A DNA stretch of 48,774 nt, taken from Bdellovibrionota bacterium (GTDB lineage: Bacteria; Bdellovibrionota_C; UBA2361; JBGSMV01). The stretch lies in NCBI GenBank assembly GCA_041739995.1, contig JBGSMV010000074.1, positions 1 through 48,774 on the forward strand, in the 5' to 3' direction. Below are positions 28,293 to 38,627 of this stretch, piece by piece (the first letter of the stretch is position 1; every line of letters starts with the position of its first letter). The notes under the pieces were generated by a model. The model worked only from the letters and a program-made list of their open reading frames with translations, was not told the origin of the DNA and ran no database searches. The position numbers were made by a program, and so were the translations under genes.

Positions 28293-29261
28293 TCAAGGCC
28301 AATTAAGATGAGTTCTTTCAATGAGTTGCTCCGTCGCGCGCGCCAAAGTGAGACGACGTTCAATACATTCAGTGGTAAGTTCCGCAAGCAGATCAGCGGC
28401 ACTTCGCTCGACCTCCTCTCTAGACTGCTCTGCCACCAGCTTTAGAAGTGTGTCGCGCATGACTTTCTCTCGACGCTTTTTGCCAATCGGAGATTTTGAA
28501 AGCCAGGCACGATGAGCCGCGCTCTCTGCGACCACCTCCTCTGCTCCGTCACCATTGAGCGCCACTGTTTTAAGGATTGGAGGAGTCCATCCCCCTTCTG
28601 GAATATCGCTAACTGAAAGCAGCAATCGCAAATCGCGAAACACCAGGTCTGCCCCATCGCGGTCAGCCTTATTGATCACAAACACGTCAGCAATCTCAAG
28701 TATGCCAGCCTTCATTGCCTGCACACTGTCGCCCATGCCTGGCACGAGCACCACCAGGCAGGTGTCAGCAAGACGCACAATATCAACTTCTGCTTGTCCC
28801 ACCCCAACGGTTTCAATCAACACGTAGTCAAAACCAGCGGCAGAGAGAATTTGAACTGCCTCAAGCGTGGCGCGAGAGACACCACCTAAGGCACCACGTG
28901 TTGCCATGCTTCTGATGAATACCTGTTCATCCTCAGCAGATTTCACCATTCGAATTCTGTCGCCGAGAATCGCCCCACCCGTAAACGGACTCGTTGGATC
29001 GACTGCGACAATGGCTACTCTCTTGCCTCCTGCGCACAATCTGGTCGCGAGCTGATCGACTAAAGTAGACTTCCCCGCGCCAGGGGAGCCGGTAATGCCA
29101 ATAGTGTGAGTCTTCCTGCCGCCACGCACCTTGCTCAGAAGCTGCGCCTGCAAGTGCTTTGCTCTGGGAGAACGGTTCTCAGCAAGGGTGATAAGACGGC
29201 TGACCGCGCGAAGGTCTCCTTTGCGAACGCCGCTCAGAATGTCGGTATCACTAAATTCCAT
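28293..29261 (-). CDS. meaB: Methylmalonyl-CoA mutase-associated GTPase MeaB/ArgK
   Basis: GITGSPGAGKST, VDPTSPFTGGAILGDRIRM, ETVGVGQ and NKAD. Confidence 0.95.
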   Translation of the reverse strand: MEFSDTDILSGVRKGDLRAVSRLITLAENRSPRAKHLQAQLLSKVRGGRKTHTIGITGSPGAGKSTLVDQLATRLCAGGKRVAIVAVDPTSPFTGGAILGDRIRMVKSAEDEQVFIRSMATRGALGGVSRATLEAVQILSAAGFDYVLIETVGVGQAEVDIVRLADTCLVVLVPGMGDSVQAMKAGILEIADVFVINKADRDGADLVFRDLRLLLSVSDIPEGGWTPPILKTVALNGDGAEEVVAESAAHRAWLSKSPIGKKRREKVMRDTLLKLVAEQSREEVERSAADLLAELTTECIERRLTLARATEQLIERTHLNWP

Positions 29262-29435
29262 AACCTGTAGACCTTAGGCTAGTCACATCGGGCCTTCGGG
29301 TACCTCGCACCAAGCTGTTTGGTAGTAGTGGAGGATAACCCCCCGCGCCCTCAATTCCCAGTCTACCTTCTGCTTCTTCGGGGTGTCACCCTCTGAAACT
29401 TTCTCCTAGTATCTTTACAACGGTTCCCGGCTCCT

Positions 29436-30755
29436 ATGACCACAGACAGACAAAACAAAGTCCCTGAGGAGATATCCCCTGAGGCTCAACAAGCTGCGCC
29501 TTTTACGGGTCTGCGTTGGGCCTTTGTCACGGATTCGTTAATATCTGGCGGCCTGGGACTTGTAGCAAATATTTGCAGCTATCTATTTATTATGTGGGCG
29601 GGAAGGTCCTTGCCACCGAACCACTTTGGTCTTTTTGCCACCTTCGTCTCGGTCTTCACTTTGACGGCGGTTTTCGCCAACGCGATACAAATGCGCGTCA
29701 ATCAGATTTTGACGGGACAATCGATTCAGACGGCCTGGGTATTTCTTCGCAAACTTTGGTGGCAACAGGGGATAGCGATACTCCTTGCGGCGCTCGCAAT
29801 ACTCCCCTTCGTCAGCTGGATTTCTGATACGATCGAGTCGTCCATCATAGATCTTGCGGCCTGTTTTCTCTGTGTAATCACAATTTTTGGATACTCATCT
29901 TTGATGGGCCTCTTGGGATCCCTGCATCGCATACGCCTCCAGGCTGGCAGCAGCACTTTGGGGGCGATGCTCAAGTTTGGACTTGCGGTCGGACTTGGAT
30001 TTTGGAGTGACGCGGTAGCACTTTGGCTCCTCGCCTACTTGCTTCATTATGGTGCAGTGATTCTAGTGGGCGGGTGGATTCTCAAAAGCGAGCTGGCACG
30101 ATCAAAGCACAGTCATGACGTCCAAGATATCTCAGTAACGGAACCAGTACTGAAAAACGTGCTGCCTTATCTATTGGGGGTCGTCCCTCTGGTAGCCGAT
30201 CAGATATATGTGCGCATGTGGGCTACCGATCTAAGCGGTGCGTATGGCGGGCTTACGACGCTGGCTCGAATTTCATTTTACGCCTGTGGGTCCGTGTTTG
30301 CGGTAATGTTACCGTATCTCTTGCGTGAGACTCACCACGGCAGATCCACTAAGTCACTCCTCCAAGCCTCCGTGGCGCTTGTCGCATTGATTGCAGGCAG
30401 CGCCGCCGCAGTTCTGACGCTCTTTCCGCATGAAATCAGAGCGGCGTGTTTTGGGCCCCGTTACGTCGAGGTAGGCGCCCTTCTTCCGTTGCTTGGGTGG
30501 GCAGCCGCACTGTACTCATGCAATTACGCCACACTTTTATTTTTGTTTGTGAGGAGAAAAGCCGGACTGCTGCTTGCGCTGCTTTTGATTCCTATCGTGT
30601 TGCAGGCGCTATTATTCTGCGATTTCGGAGGAGCTAATCCTCCGTCTTTGGGCGACTTCGCACTTGCTCAGTTTGCGGTGGTGCTGAGCCAAAGCGCCGT
30701 AATAGTAGCTTATTTGTTGACAGGATATGTGCGAGTACGGCTCGCAAAGTTGTAG
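29436..30755 (+). CDS. Oligosaccharide flippase (Wzx/MOP superfamily-like)
   Basis: About 12 hydrophobic helices; [12 protein letters not shown] first loop and DQIYVR..GAYG motif; glycan-locus context. Confidence 0.7.
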   Translation: MTTDRQNKVPEEISPEAQQAAPFTGLRWAFVTDSLISGGLGLVANICSYLFIMWAGRSLPPNHFGLFATFVSVFTLTAVFANAIQMRVNQILTGQSIQTAWVFLRKLWWQQGIAILLAALAILPFVSWISDTIESSIIDLAACFLCVITIFGYSSLMGLLGSLHRIRLQAGSSTLGAMLKFGLAVGLGFWSDAVALWLLAYLLHYGAVILVGGWILKSELARSKHSHDVQDISVTEPVLKNVLPYLLGVVPLVADQIYVRMWATDLSGAYGGLTTLARISFYACGSVFAVMLPYLLRETHHGRSTKSLLQASVALVALIAGSAAAVLTLFPHEIRAACFGPRYVEVGALLPLLGWAAALYSCNYATLLFLFVRRKAGLLLALLLIPIVLQALLFCDFGGANPPSLGDFALAQFAVVLSQSAVIVAYLLTGYVRVRLAKL

Positions 30756-31426
30756 CGGAAAATGGCATAGATCGCCCGGAATCCATCTCGCCATCCGATC
30801 TTCTTCCCCTCCGCGTAAGTGCGACCATAGTAAGAGATGCCCACTTCGAAAATGCGGCACCCCATTGCTGCTACCTTGGCAGTAATTTCAGGCTCAAATC
30901 CAAAGCGATCTTCTTCAATCTCAACTGATTGAATAATTTCGCGGCGAAACATTTTATAGCAGGTCTCCATGTCAGTGAGATTAATATTCGTGCACATATT
31001 GGATAGGAGAGTGAGGCCGCGATTTCCAACGTAATGCCAGAAATACACCACACGATGCGGCTGACCTCCCATGAAGCGAGAGCCAAACACCACATCTGCT
31101 CTGTTACGCAGAATCGGCTCCATCAATAGTGGATACTCGCGTGGGTCATATTCAAGATCTGCATCTTGCACCACGACCACGTCGCCCGTTGCGGCTTTAA
31201 ATCCGGAGCGAAGAGCCGCGCCCTTACCCTGATTGTGCGGGTGAAGAACGAGCTGATCGACCAGTGGCCTAAGCGCCCCCTGCAATAGTTCTCGAGTGCC
31301 ATCGCTGGAGCAATCATCGACGACAATGATTTCCTTTTCAGGTACCGGGGCGTCTCGCACCGCTTTGAGTAAAGCTTCAATTGTAGCGAGCTCATTGAAG
31401 CAGGGAATGACTATAGATAATCGCAT
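30710..31426 (-). CDS. GT2 glycosyltransferase, DPM1-like (polyprenol-phosphate sugar synthase)
   Basis: Start at [41 protein letters not shown] and FGFEPEIT. Confidence 0.92.
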   Translation of the reverse strand: MRLSIVIPCFNELATIEALLKAVRDAPVPEKEIIVVDDCSSDGTRELLQGALRPLVDQLVLHPHNQGKGAALRSGFKAATGDVVVVQDADLEYDPREYPLLMEPILRNRADVVFGSRFMGGQPHRVVYFWHYVGNRGLTLLSNMCTNINLTDMETCYKMFRREIIQSVEIEEDRFGFEPEITAKVAAMGCRIFEVGISYYGRTYAEGKKIGWRDGFRAIYAIFRYNFASRTRTYPVNK

Positions 31427-31713
31427 CGTGTTCTCACGGGCCTCAGCTAAATAGGCAGTGGAAAAAAGAAATTGCCATTCTTTACGACAGCCTCGTATAT
31501 GTGTGCGGCTGGGGCAGAAGTTAGTACTACGCCATGCGCTCTGTAAACCCATCACGGTCGGCGAGGCCTCCCGGGATTCCGTCCCTGGTGGATTCGACAT
31601 CACCCAAATCTGGATCAAGAGCAAGCGTGAGCGAGGTGCGTATGATACGCTGGTGACATATCGGAACCCCAATGGTGGGAACCCTAAGTTGATCGCTATT
31701 TTTTGCGTTGCCT

Positions 31714-32676
31714 ATGAAACTTTCCATAGCCGTCTCTGGAGCTTCCGGGTACCTGGGTTCACACGTCGTACATGCCCTTCGCAGAACAGGCGTGCATGTA
31801 GTGGCGCTCGTTCGACCTGGGGCCTCACTTACACGCCTTCAAGAACCCGGGCCTACTTCAACAGATTGTCTCGAGGGCGCCGCGCTCGAGCAGGGTTCTG
31901 TGGAAGTAGCCGTGCTTGGATCTATATCTCTCGAACAGCAAATCGCTGGATGTGAGGCGGTGGTGCACACTGCGTGCTCATATGGGCGAGGCAATGAAAG
32001 TGCCGCTGACATTCAGGCAGCTAACGTCACCTTCGCGACTAGCCTCTTAGAGGCCGCACAACATGCTGCATGCAGCACCTTTCTATATTGCGATACCGCA
32101 CTCGCTGCAAAGGTAACTCCCTATGCCGCTTCAAAGGCCGAGTTTCGAACCACTCTTCGTAGTGCGCGGGCGCCTACTTGCCGCGTAGCGCTTCGCATGG
32201 AACATTTCTATGGGCCCGGAGAGGGCGAGAGTAAGTTCGTGTCATTCGTGCTCCGCTCCCTGCTGAAAAAGCGCCCGCATCTCCCTCTCACTGAGGGCAC
32301 TCAGGAACGAGATTTCGTCTTTGTTGACGACATAATCAACGCAATTCTTCTGCTTCTCGCTTCCGCCCTAGACAGAGCGCCCCTGACTCGGCGAAGCTTC
32401 AAATCTCAAGCTCTTGTTCCTGGATTCCATGAGATCTTTCTTGGATCGGGAAAGGGGATAACCATACGTGCCCTCGTAGAAAAAATCGCAGCGCTCGTGC
32501 CCTCAAACAGCACCCATCTGGGTTTTGGCGAAGTACCCTTGCGCGCCAATGAAGTGATGCGGTCAGTGTCTTCCAGCGAGTCTCTGCGCGCTCTCGGTTG
32601 GGAGCCGACCATCTCCCTTGATGAGGGGCTCAAAAGAACAGTTGCGGCCGAGCAGAGAGAGCTGAACGGACGCTAA
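31714..32676 (+). CDS. CDP-3,6-dideoxyhexose 4-reductase, probably CDP-paratose synthase (Prt/RfbS-like)
   Basis: GASGYLG, HTACSYGR, YAASK, RMEHFYGPG and GTQERDFV resemble RfbS/RfbJ. Adjacent to the 2-epimerase. Confidence 0.72.
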   Translation: MKLSIAVSGASGYLGSHVVHALRRTGVHVVALVRPGASLTRLQEPGPTSTDCLEGAALEQGSVEVAVLGSISLEQQIAGCEAVVHTACSYGRGNESAADIQAANVTFATSLLEAAQHAACSTFLYCDTALAAKVTPYAASKAEFRTTLRSARAPTCRVALRMEHFYGPGEGESKFVSFVLRSLLKKRPHLPLTEGTQERDFVFVDDIINAILLLLASALDRAPLTRRSFKSQALVPGFHEIFLGSGKGITIRALVEKIAALVPSNSTHLGFGEVPLRANEVMRSVSSSESLRALGWEPTISLDEGLKRTVAAEQRELNGR

Positions 32677-32823
32677 CGATCGAAGGAAGAGCAGCCCAAG
32701 AGCTCCGCCCTATTCCCTTTGAGCCCCGAATATTGGGGAGACCTTGAGCGAAGCTCCGTATTTTGGGAAGGTGCGGGGCTAGAAGGTGTTATTTCGAGCA
32801 GGCCAAAAAACGCTGCTGCAACC

Positions 32824-32863
32824 GACAGGGTAGCAGGGTGACAGGGTAACGGGGCGACAGAGG
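32824..32863 (+). repeat. Imperfect 8-bp x5 G-rich tandem repeat in the epimerase leader
   Basis: GACAGGGT-AGCAGGGT-GACAGGGT-AACGGGGC-GACAGAGG. Confidence 0.75.
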
Positions 32864-32898
32864 GACTTCCTTACCGGAACTTCAATACGGGAACCACT

Positions 32899-33930
32899 AT
32901 GCGATTTTTGATTACTGGCGGCTGCGGCTTTTTAGGGAGCAACCTGGCGACTGAAGTGCTCCAGCGCAAAGGTGAACTCACCATAGTGGACAATTTCTTT
33001 AGAACTGGGAGCCGAGAGAATTTGACCTGGTTAAAGACTCAAGGTTCGTTTGATTTCCGAGAAGTCGATACACGCTCATTCGAGGCCCTTGCTGCAGTGG
33101 TGCGTGAGACACGTCCCGACGTAGTATTTCATCTGGCCGGACAAGTCGCCATGACCACCTCGCTGAAGGATCCGCACACGGATTTTGAGATCAATGTAGG
33201 CGGCGGCCATAATCTGTTGGAAGCGGTGCGACAGTTTGCTCCCCAAGCTGCCGTGTTCTACTCCTCGACCAATAAAGTCTATGGAGAGCTTGAAGAGTTA
33301 CGTTACGAAGAAACTACTTCCCGCTACAAAGCCGTCGACTATCCCCAAGGCTTCGACGAGGACTTGCGCCTCGACTTTCGATCGCCCTACGGCTGTTCCA
33401 AGGGGGCCACCGATCAGTACTTCCTAGATTACGCCCGTTCTTTTGGATTAAAGACCGTAGTCTTCCGCCATTCCTCCATTTTCGGCGGGCGTCAGTTTTC
33501 GACATTTGATCAAGGTTGGGTGGGCTGGTTTGTAAGCCAAGCGCTCCTTCAAAAGGCAGGCAAACTTGCGGAGCCCTTTACGATTGCAGGAAATGGGAAG
33601 CAGGTGCGCGACATCCTGTTCGCTCCTGACATTGTGAACTGCTACTTCTCAGCACTCGAACGATTGGATCAATGTACCGGGCAGGCCTTTAATATTGGCG
33701 GAGGGATGGCGAATTCTCTTTCCCTTTTGGAGCTTTTTGCCCTTCTTGAGGAACTCCTGGACTCTAAGGTGCACTTCCGCGAAACTCCTTGGCGCCACAG
33801 CGATCAGCGAGTGTTCGTGGCTGGTATTAAAAAAGCCGAGAAGGTTTTCGGCTGGAAACCCACAATCGAAACCCGTCAGGGTATTCGCGAAATGATCGAG
33901 TGGGTAAAGGAGACTCTTCCAGGTTCTTAA
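32899..33930 (+). CDS. rfbE: CDP-paratose 2-epimerase (CDP-tyvelose epimerase)
   Basis: ITGGCGFLGSNL, HLAGQVAMTTS, YSSTNKVYG, SPYGCSKG, VFRHSS, DQGWVGWF and GKQVRD match Tyv/RfbE. Confidence 0.88.
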   Translation: MRFLITGGCGFLGSNLATEVLQRKGELTIVDNFFRTGSRENLTWLKTQGSFDFREVDTRSFEALAAVVRETRPDVVFHLAGQVAMTTSLKDPHTDFEINVGGGHNLLEAVRQFAPQAAVFYSSTNKVYGELEELRYEETTSRYKAVDYPQGFDEDLRLDFRSPYGCSKGATDQYFLDYARSFGLKTVVFRHSSIFGGRQFSTFDQGWVGWFVSQALLQKAGKLAEPFTIAGNGKQVRDILFAPDIVNCYFSALERLDQCTGQAFNIGGGMANSLSLLELFALLEELLDSKVHFRETPWRHSDQRVFVAGIKKAEKVFGWKPTIETRQGIREMIEWVKETLPGS

Positions 33931-33953
33931 CAGGTATCTTCGGTGAGCAGACT

Positions 33954-34661
33954 ATGAGCGTTGCCCTAAGCGTAGTAATCCCTTCGTATCTCGAAGAAGA
34001 AAATTTACGACTGTTATTGCCAAGAGTGCGCGAGGCGGCCAGAGCAGCGCTGCCGGCGGACTTTCCTGATCAGGGCTTTGAGGTCCTTGTCGTCGACACG
34101 GAAACCCCGCTTGATAGCACGGCGGCTGTCTGCTCTGAACTCGGAGCTCGGTACGTCAACCGCCGTGGCGGAAATACCTTTGGCGCCGCAGTCCGTACAG
34201 GGATAGCAGAGGCCCAGGGGGAGCACCTCTTATTTATGGATGCAGACGGATCGCACTCGCCCGAGTTCATACCAAAGTTGTACGAGCATCGAGATAACTT
34301 TGATGTGGTAATTGCGTCACGATACGTGAAGGGCGGCTATACCGAAAACCCTTCGAGCCTGGTTTGGATGAGCTGGATCTTAAATATGAGTTATCGCTGG
34401 GTGCTTCAGCTCGACTGCTACGATGTTTCGAACAGTTTTAAGCTTTATCGGGGAGAGCAGCTTAGGGCGCTTACCCTTAAATGCTCGAACTTCGATATCA
34501 TCGAGGAAATTCTCTTCAAACTGAATCGCCGCTTTCGCATTCGTATCAAAGAAATCCCGTTTACCTTTCGCCGAAGGATGTTTGGCGACACGAAGCGAGA
34601 TCTCGCCTCCTTCATGGTGACGTACGTATTTACTCTGCTAAAGCTGCGATTTAGCCATTAG
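33954..34661 (+). CDS. GT2 glycosyltransferase, DPM1-like
   Basis: LSVVIPSYLE, FMDADGSH, VIASRYVKGG, DVSNSFKLYR and IKEIPFTF..R..G; short, without C-terminal TM pair. Confidence 0.88.
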   Translation: MSVALSVVIPSYLEEENLRLLLPRVREAARAALPADFPDQGFEVLVVDTETPLDSTAAVCSELGARYVNRRGGNTFGAAVRTGIAEAQGEHLLFMDADGSHSPEFIPKLYEHRDNFDVVIASRYVKGGYTENPSSLVWMSWILNMSYRWVLQLDCYDVSNSFKLYRGEQLRALTLKCSNFDIIEEILFKLNRRFRIRIKEIPFTFRRRMFGDTKRDLASFMVTYVFTLLKLRFSH

Positions 34662-34860
34662 GTTTCGCCCGCTCCTGAGGTAAAATTGCGCGTCAATGCT
34701 CAGTTGCGTTATACGCCCAACCTGCTTCTATTATTCAGGATCTTCACAGTGTTCGCGCAAACGAAGCCCCACGCTGCGCTTGAGTAGAACGCCACGCCCG
34801 TGGTACCACATCCTATCAATTTCGTTGGTCTTTTAAGGCAGAAAGCTTTGGGTCTGCCCT

Positions 34861-34892
34861 GCCGTGTTCTACAGAGGCCGTGTTCTACAGAG
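34861..34892 (+). repeat. Perfect 16-bp tandem duplication
   Basis: GCCGTGTTCTACAGAG x2, upstream of rfbF. Confidence 0.9.
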
Positions 34893-34945
34893 GGGGCCTT
34901 TGGGCGTACCCGTACACTAACGCCAAGCTTATCAACGGAGGAGCC

Positions 34946-35767
34946 GTGAAAGTCGTCATACTCGCCGGGGGGAAAGGCACTCGCATAAGCGAAGAAAGCC
35001 AGAGTCGTCCCAAACCAATGGTGGAAATCGGTGGTCGCCCTATTCTTTGGCACATTCTAAAGCATTTCTCCCATTATGGTCTGCACGAGTTCGTAATCCT
35101 GGCGGGTTACAAGAGCTACGCAATCAAAGACTACTTTGCCAACTATGCGCTCTATAACTCAGACGTCACTTTCTTGATTCGTAAGGGCGCAGTTGAAGTA
35201 CATGAAAACGGAAGCGAAGATTGGAAGGTCACGGTTCTCAATACGGGCGAAGAGACGATGACCGGAGGGCGCATCAAGATGGCTGCTCCCTACTTGGGAA
35301 ACGAAGATTTCATTTGCACCTATGGTGACGGAGTGGGTGACATTGATATCCCTGCTTTGCTCGCTTTTCATCGGGAGCACGGTGACCTTGCAACCGTTAC
35401 CGCAACACAACCACCCGGGCGCTTCGGCGCGCTCTCGCTTGAAGACTCTCGTGTGACGAGCTTTTTAGAGAAACCCAGCCACGGGGGTGGATTCGTTAAC
35501 GGAGGATACTTTGTCCTCTCCCCTAAGGTCCTCGAATATATCGAAGGCCCCCAAACGGTGTGGGAACGCGAGCCCCTCGAGCGCCTTGCACGAGAGGGTA
35601 AGATGCACGCATTCCTTCATCGTGGGTTCTGGCAGCCCATGGACACGCTGCGCGACAAACATCTACTTGAGGATCTGTGGTCGTCTGGCGCTGCACCGTG
35701 GAAGGTATGGAACGAGGAGAGTTCGGTACTACCCTTTCCTCGTGAAGGGAAGGTCGGTAATCTTTAG
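34946..35767 (+). CDS. rfbF: Glucose-1-phosphate cytidylyltransferase (DdhA)
   Basis: GGAGG SD plus GTG; LAGGKGTRISEE..PKPMVEIG, TMTGGR, TYGDG and FWQPMDTLRD. Confidence 0.96.
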   Translation: MKVVILAGGKGTRISEESQSRPKPMVEIGGRPILWHILKHFSHYGLHEFVILAGYKSYAIKDYFANYALYNSDVTFLIRKGAVEVHENGSEDWKVTVLNTGEETMTGGRIKMAAPYLGNEDFICTYGDGVGDIDIPALLAFHREHGDLATVTATQPPGRFGALSLEDSRVTSFLEKPSHGGGFVNGGYFVLSPKVLEYIEGPQTVWEREPLERLAREGKMHAFLHRGFWQPMDTLRDKHLLEDLWSSGAAPWKVWNEESSVLPFPREGKVGNL

Positions 35768-35843
35768 CGACTGCGAACTTCGAGCACTCGGAGCAGCGAA
35801 CGGGGCTTCGAGTTAGTGTTCGTAAGTGCTGAACTTAATTTGT

Positions 35844-37121
35844 ATGCAAGCAACATCGATCAACAAAGCCTCTTCAGCGCCCGAAGTACCGAGACCACTG
35901 GATCTGCTTCCGCTCGCACTCTCTTCTTCATTTTGGAAAGGCAAACGAGTTTTCATTACCGGGCATACAGGATTTAAGGGAAGCTGGCTGTCGTTATGGC
36001 TTTCGGAACTGGGTGCCTCAGTCAGCGGGCTTGCCCTCGAGCCTACGACACCTTCTTTCTTTGATCTCACGAACCTCAGCGAACGTGTTTCTTCGCATCT
36101 CGGCGATATTCGAGATGCCGCACTCGTCGATAAAATCCTGCAGGCCGAAGAGCCTGAAATAGTATTTCACCTCGCCGCGCAACCGCTTGTACGCTTGAGC
36201 TACCGCGAACCTCTCTCCACTTGGGCGACTAATGTGATGGGAACTGCACACGTACTCGAAGCAGTAAGAAGCTGCCCAAGCGTTCGATCGGTGGTCGTCG
36301 TTACCTCGGACAAGTGTTACCTCAATCAAGAAAGACTGTGGGGCTACCGCGAAGATGAACACTTAGGGGGTCACGACCCCTACTCCGCCAGCAAGGGCGC
36401 AACAGAGTTGGTGGCTGCCAGCTACCGAAAATCCTTCTTTTCAGAGATTTCGAAAGGCTCAGGGGCTCAATCACCTGTGATGCTTGCCACAGCACGCGCG
36501 GGAAACGTTATCGGTGGTGGCGATTTTGCCGACGACCGTCTCCTTCCCGATGCAGCTCGTGCGGCACTTCGCGGGAAGGCACTCACCATTAGATCCCCTC
36601 AAGCGATTAGACCGTGGCAGTTCGTACTTGAACCTCTTTTGGGGTACATGCAGCTCGCATGTGCCCTGAATGGCGCTGCGGGAGACCCCCTTCCCTTTGC
36701 AGAGGCGTGGAATTTTGGTCCACGCGGTGAGGATGAAGCGACCGTGGCCGAAGTGCTCTCTCTCTGGAACTCGACATGGTCTTCGAGTTTAAACATCGAG
36801 GTGGAGGACGGACCGAAGGTGCACGAGGCCTCAATCCTGCGTCTCGACTCTTCGAAGGCTCGTCATCGACTCGGATGGGATGCTACTTTATCCCTCCACC
36901 AGGCGATTGCTGAAACAGTGCGGTGGTACAAGGCCTGGGCCAAGAAGTATGACGCCGTACAAGAGCAAGGCGATCTCCTCGCGCTCTCGATCGCCCAAAT
37001 ATCCTCGTTCTCTAAGTGTGCGGCCCTACAGCACAGTCGCCGAAACGATCGCCTCGCGCTGACTCCTCTTGATGTGAGCAGCTCTGAGGCCCAAGCCACT
37101 TTGGAGCAACGACGCGCATGA
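35844..37121 (+). CDS. rfbG: CDP-glucose 4,6-dehydratase (DdhB)
   Basis: [42 protein letters not shown] and [10 protein letters not shown]. Confidence 0.96.
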   Translation: MQATSINKASSAPEVPRPLDLLPLALSSSFWKGKRVFITGHTGFKGSWLSLWLSELGASVSGLALEPTTPSFFDLTNLSERVSSHLGDIRDAALVDKILQAEEPEIVFHLAAQPLVRLSYREPLSTWATNVMGTAHVLEAVRSCPSVRSVVVVTSDKCYLNQERLWGYREDEHLGGHDPYSASKGATELVAASYRKSFFSEISKGSGAQSPVMLATARAGNVIGGGDFADDRLLPDAARAALRGKALTIRSPQAIRPWQFVLEPLLGYMQLACALNGAAGDPLPFAEAWNFGPRGEDEATVAEVLSLWNSTWSSSLNIEVEDGPKVHEASILRLDSSKARHRLGWDATLSLHQAIAETVRWYKAWAKKYDAVQEQGDLLALSIAQISSFSKCAALQHSRRNDRLALTPLDVSSSEAQATLEQRRA

Positions 37122-38536
37122 CGACCAAAGAAACGTCGCCGCAGGAGCTGCGTGAAACTATCCTCGACTTAGTGCGCGAGTATCATCGCGTCGCTCACGC
37201 ACCGCTTCAAACAGTGCCCTTCGTGCCAGGAGAGACTTTTTTGAACTATGCAGGTCGTATATACGACCAGGAGGATCTTGTGAGTCTTGTCGACTCAAGC
37301 CTTGATTTTCGCCTAACCGCAGATCGATACGCTAAGGAATTTGAACGCCGCCTTGCAGAGCTCTTAGGCGTGCGCCATGCGCTTGCCGTGAACTCCGGCT
37401 CTTCAGCGAATCTGGTCGCTTTTAATGCGATTACCTCATCTTTACTTGGCGAGCGCCGATTTAAGCCCGGAGATGAAATGATTACCGTCGCTGCCGGCTT
37501 TCCCACCACGGTAGCTCCGGCAGTTCAATTTGGCGCTATCCCAGTTTTTCTTGATGTGGACTTAGACGGGGGTACTTACAATATCGACGTATCTCAGCTT
37601 GAAGAGGCGCTCAGCCCGCGCACACGCGCAGTGATGATCGCCCACACGCTTGGAAATCCGTTTAATCTTGGTGCGGTCACGAAATTCTGTGAGGCTCATA
37701 ACCTGTGGCTCATCGAAGACAATTGCGATGCGCTCGGTGCCACTTATGACGGGAAGCCCACTGGAAGTTTCGGACATTTGGCCACCTCGAGTTTTTACCC
37801 AGCGCATCACATCACCACCGGCGAAGGCGGAGCGGTGTACACCTCTAAGCCACTCCTTAAACGCGCCGCTGAATCATTCCGCGACTGGGGACGCGACTGT
37901 TGGTGTGAAGCGGGAAAAGACAACACTTGTGGAAAGCGCTTCGGCTGGTCTCTGGGAGAGTTACCCTTGGGTTATGACCACAAGTACATTTACCGTCACT
38001 TGGGGTTCAACCTTAAGCTGACCGATATGCAAGCAGCGATTGGCTGTCGACAGCTCGACAAGCTGGCGTCATTCGTTGCCGCGAGGCGTCGAAATTGGGA
38101 GGTGCTAAGGAAAGGCCTAGCGGATCTCGAAGACTACTTCATTCTACCAAATCCCACGCCTCGCGCTGAGCCTAGTTGGTTTGGATTTCTGTTGACCGTG
38201 CGGGAGAATGCAGGTTTTAGCAGAAATGATATCACCAGCTTCTTAGAAGAACGGAAGATTCAGACTCGCGTGCTCTTTGCGGGTAACATGTTGCGTCATC
38301 CGATGTTCGATGAACTGCGACAGACCCCAGGTGCAATAAGGGTGATTGGTGACTTGTCACGCTCAGACTTCATCATGAATAATTCCTTCTGGTTCGGCGT
38401 TTACCCAGGTCTCTCAGAGGAAAAGATTCTGTTTATCCTCGAAAGCGTTCGCTCCTTTGTGAAAGGCGCGGCAAAGAGAACTTCAAGATCAAACCCGCCC
38501 TCGGCGACGAAGACGGGCACGGCGCCAACCGCTTGA
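37118..38536 (+). CDS. rfbH: CDP-4-keto-6-deoxyglucose 3-dehydrase E1 (DdhC/RfbH)
   Basis: [20 protein letters not shown] (His in place of the PLP Lys), WGRDCWC..NTC..YDHKY [2Fe-2S] ligand region. Confidence 0.95.
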   Translation: MTTKETSPQELRETILDLVREYHRVAHAPLQTVPFVPGETFLNYAGRIYDQEDLVSLVDSSLDFRLTADRYAKEFERRLAELLGVRHALAVNSGSSANLVAFNAITSSLLGERRFKPGDEMITVAAGFPTTVAPAVQFGAIPVFLDVDLDGGTYNIDVSQLEEALSPRTRAVMIAHTLGNPFNLGAVTKFCEAHNLWLIEDNCDALGATYDGKPTGSFGHLATSSFYPAHHITTGEGGAVYTSKPLLKRAAESFRDWGRDCWCEAGKDNTCGKRFGWSLGELPLGYDHKYIYRHLGFNLKLTDMQAAIGCRQLDKLASFVAARRRNWEVLRKGLADLEDYFILPNPTPRAEPSWFGFLLTVRENAGFSRNDITSFLEERKIQTRVLFAGNMLRHPMFDELRQTPGAIRVIGDLSRSDFIMNNSFWFGVYPGLSEEKILFILESVRSFVKGAAKRTSRSNPPSATKTGTAPTA

Positions 38537-38627
38537 AGACCCCCCAGATCCTCGACCCACAAGGTCCTCGACTTACAGAGTCGCTGGCCAAGTCCGGAGT
38601 CTTATCCGAATTCTGATTGCACCTGGC

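Noticed and set aside
28293..29261. meaB without an adjacent mutase as a novel system
   Set aside because: Unlinked meaB is common and nothing else here suggests a new role.
31427..31713. N-terminal extension of the minus-strand GT2 ORF to 31672 and overlapping plus ORF 31458-31955
   Set aside because: GT2 homology begins at MRLSIVIP (31426); the plus ORF overlaps the reductase out of frame and has no recognisable motif.
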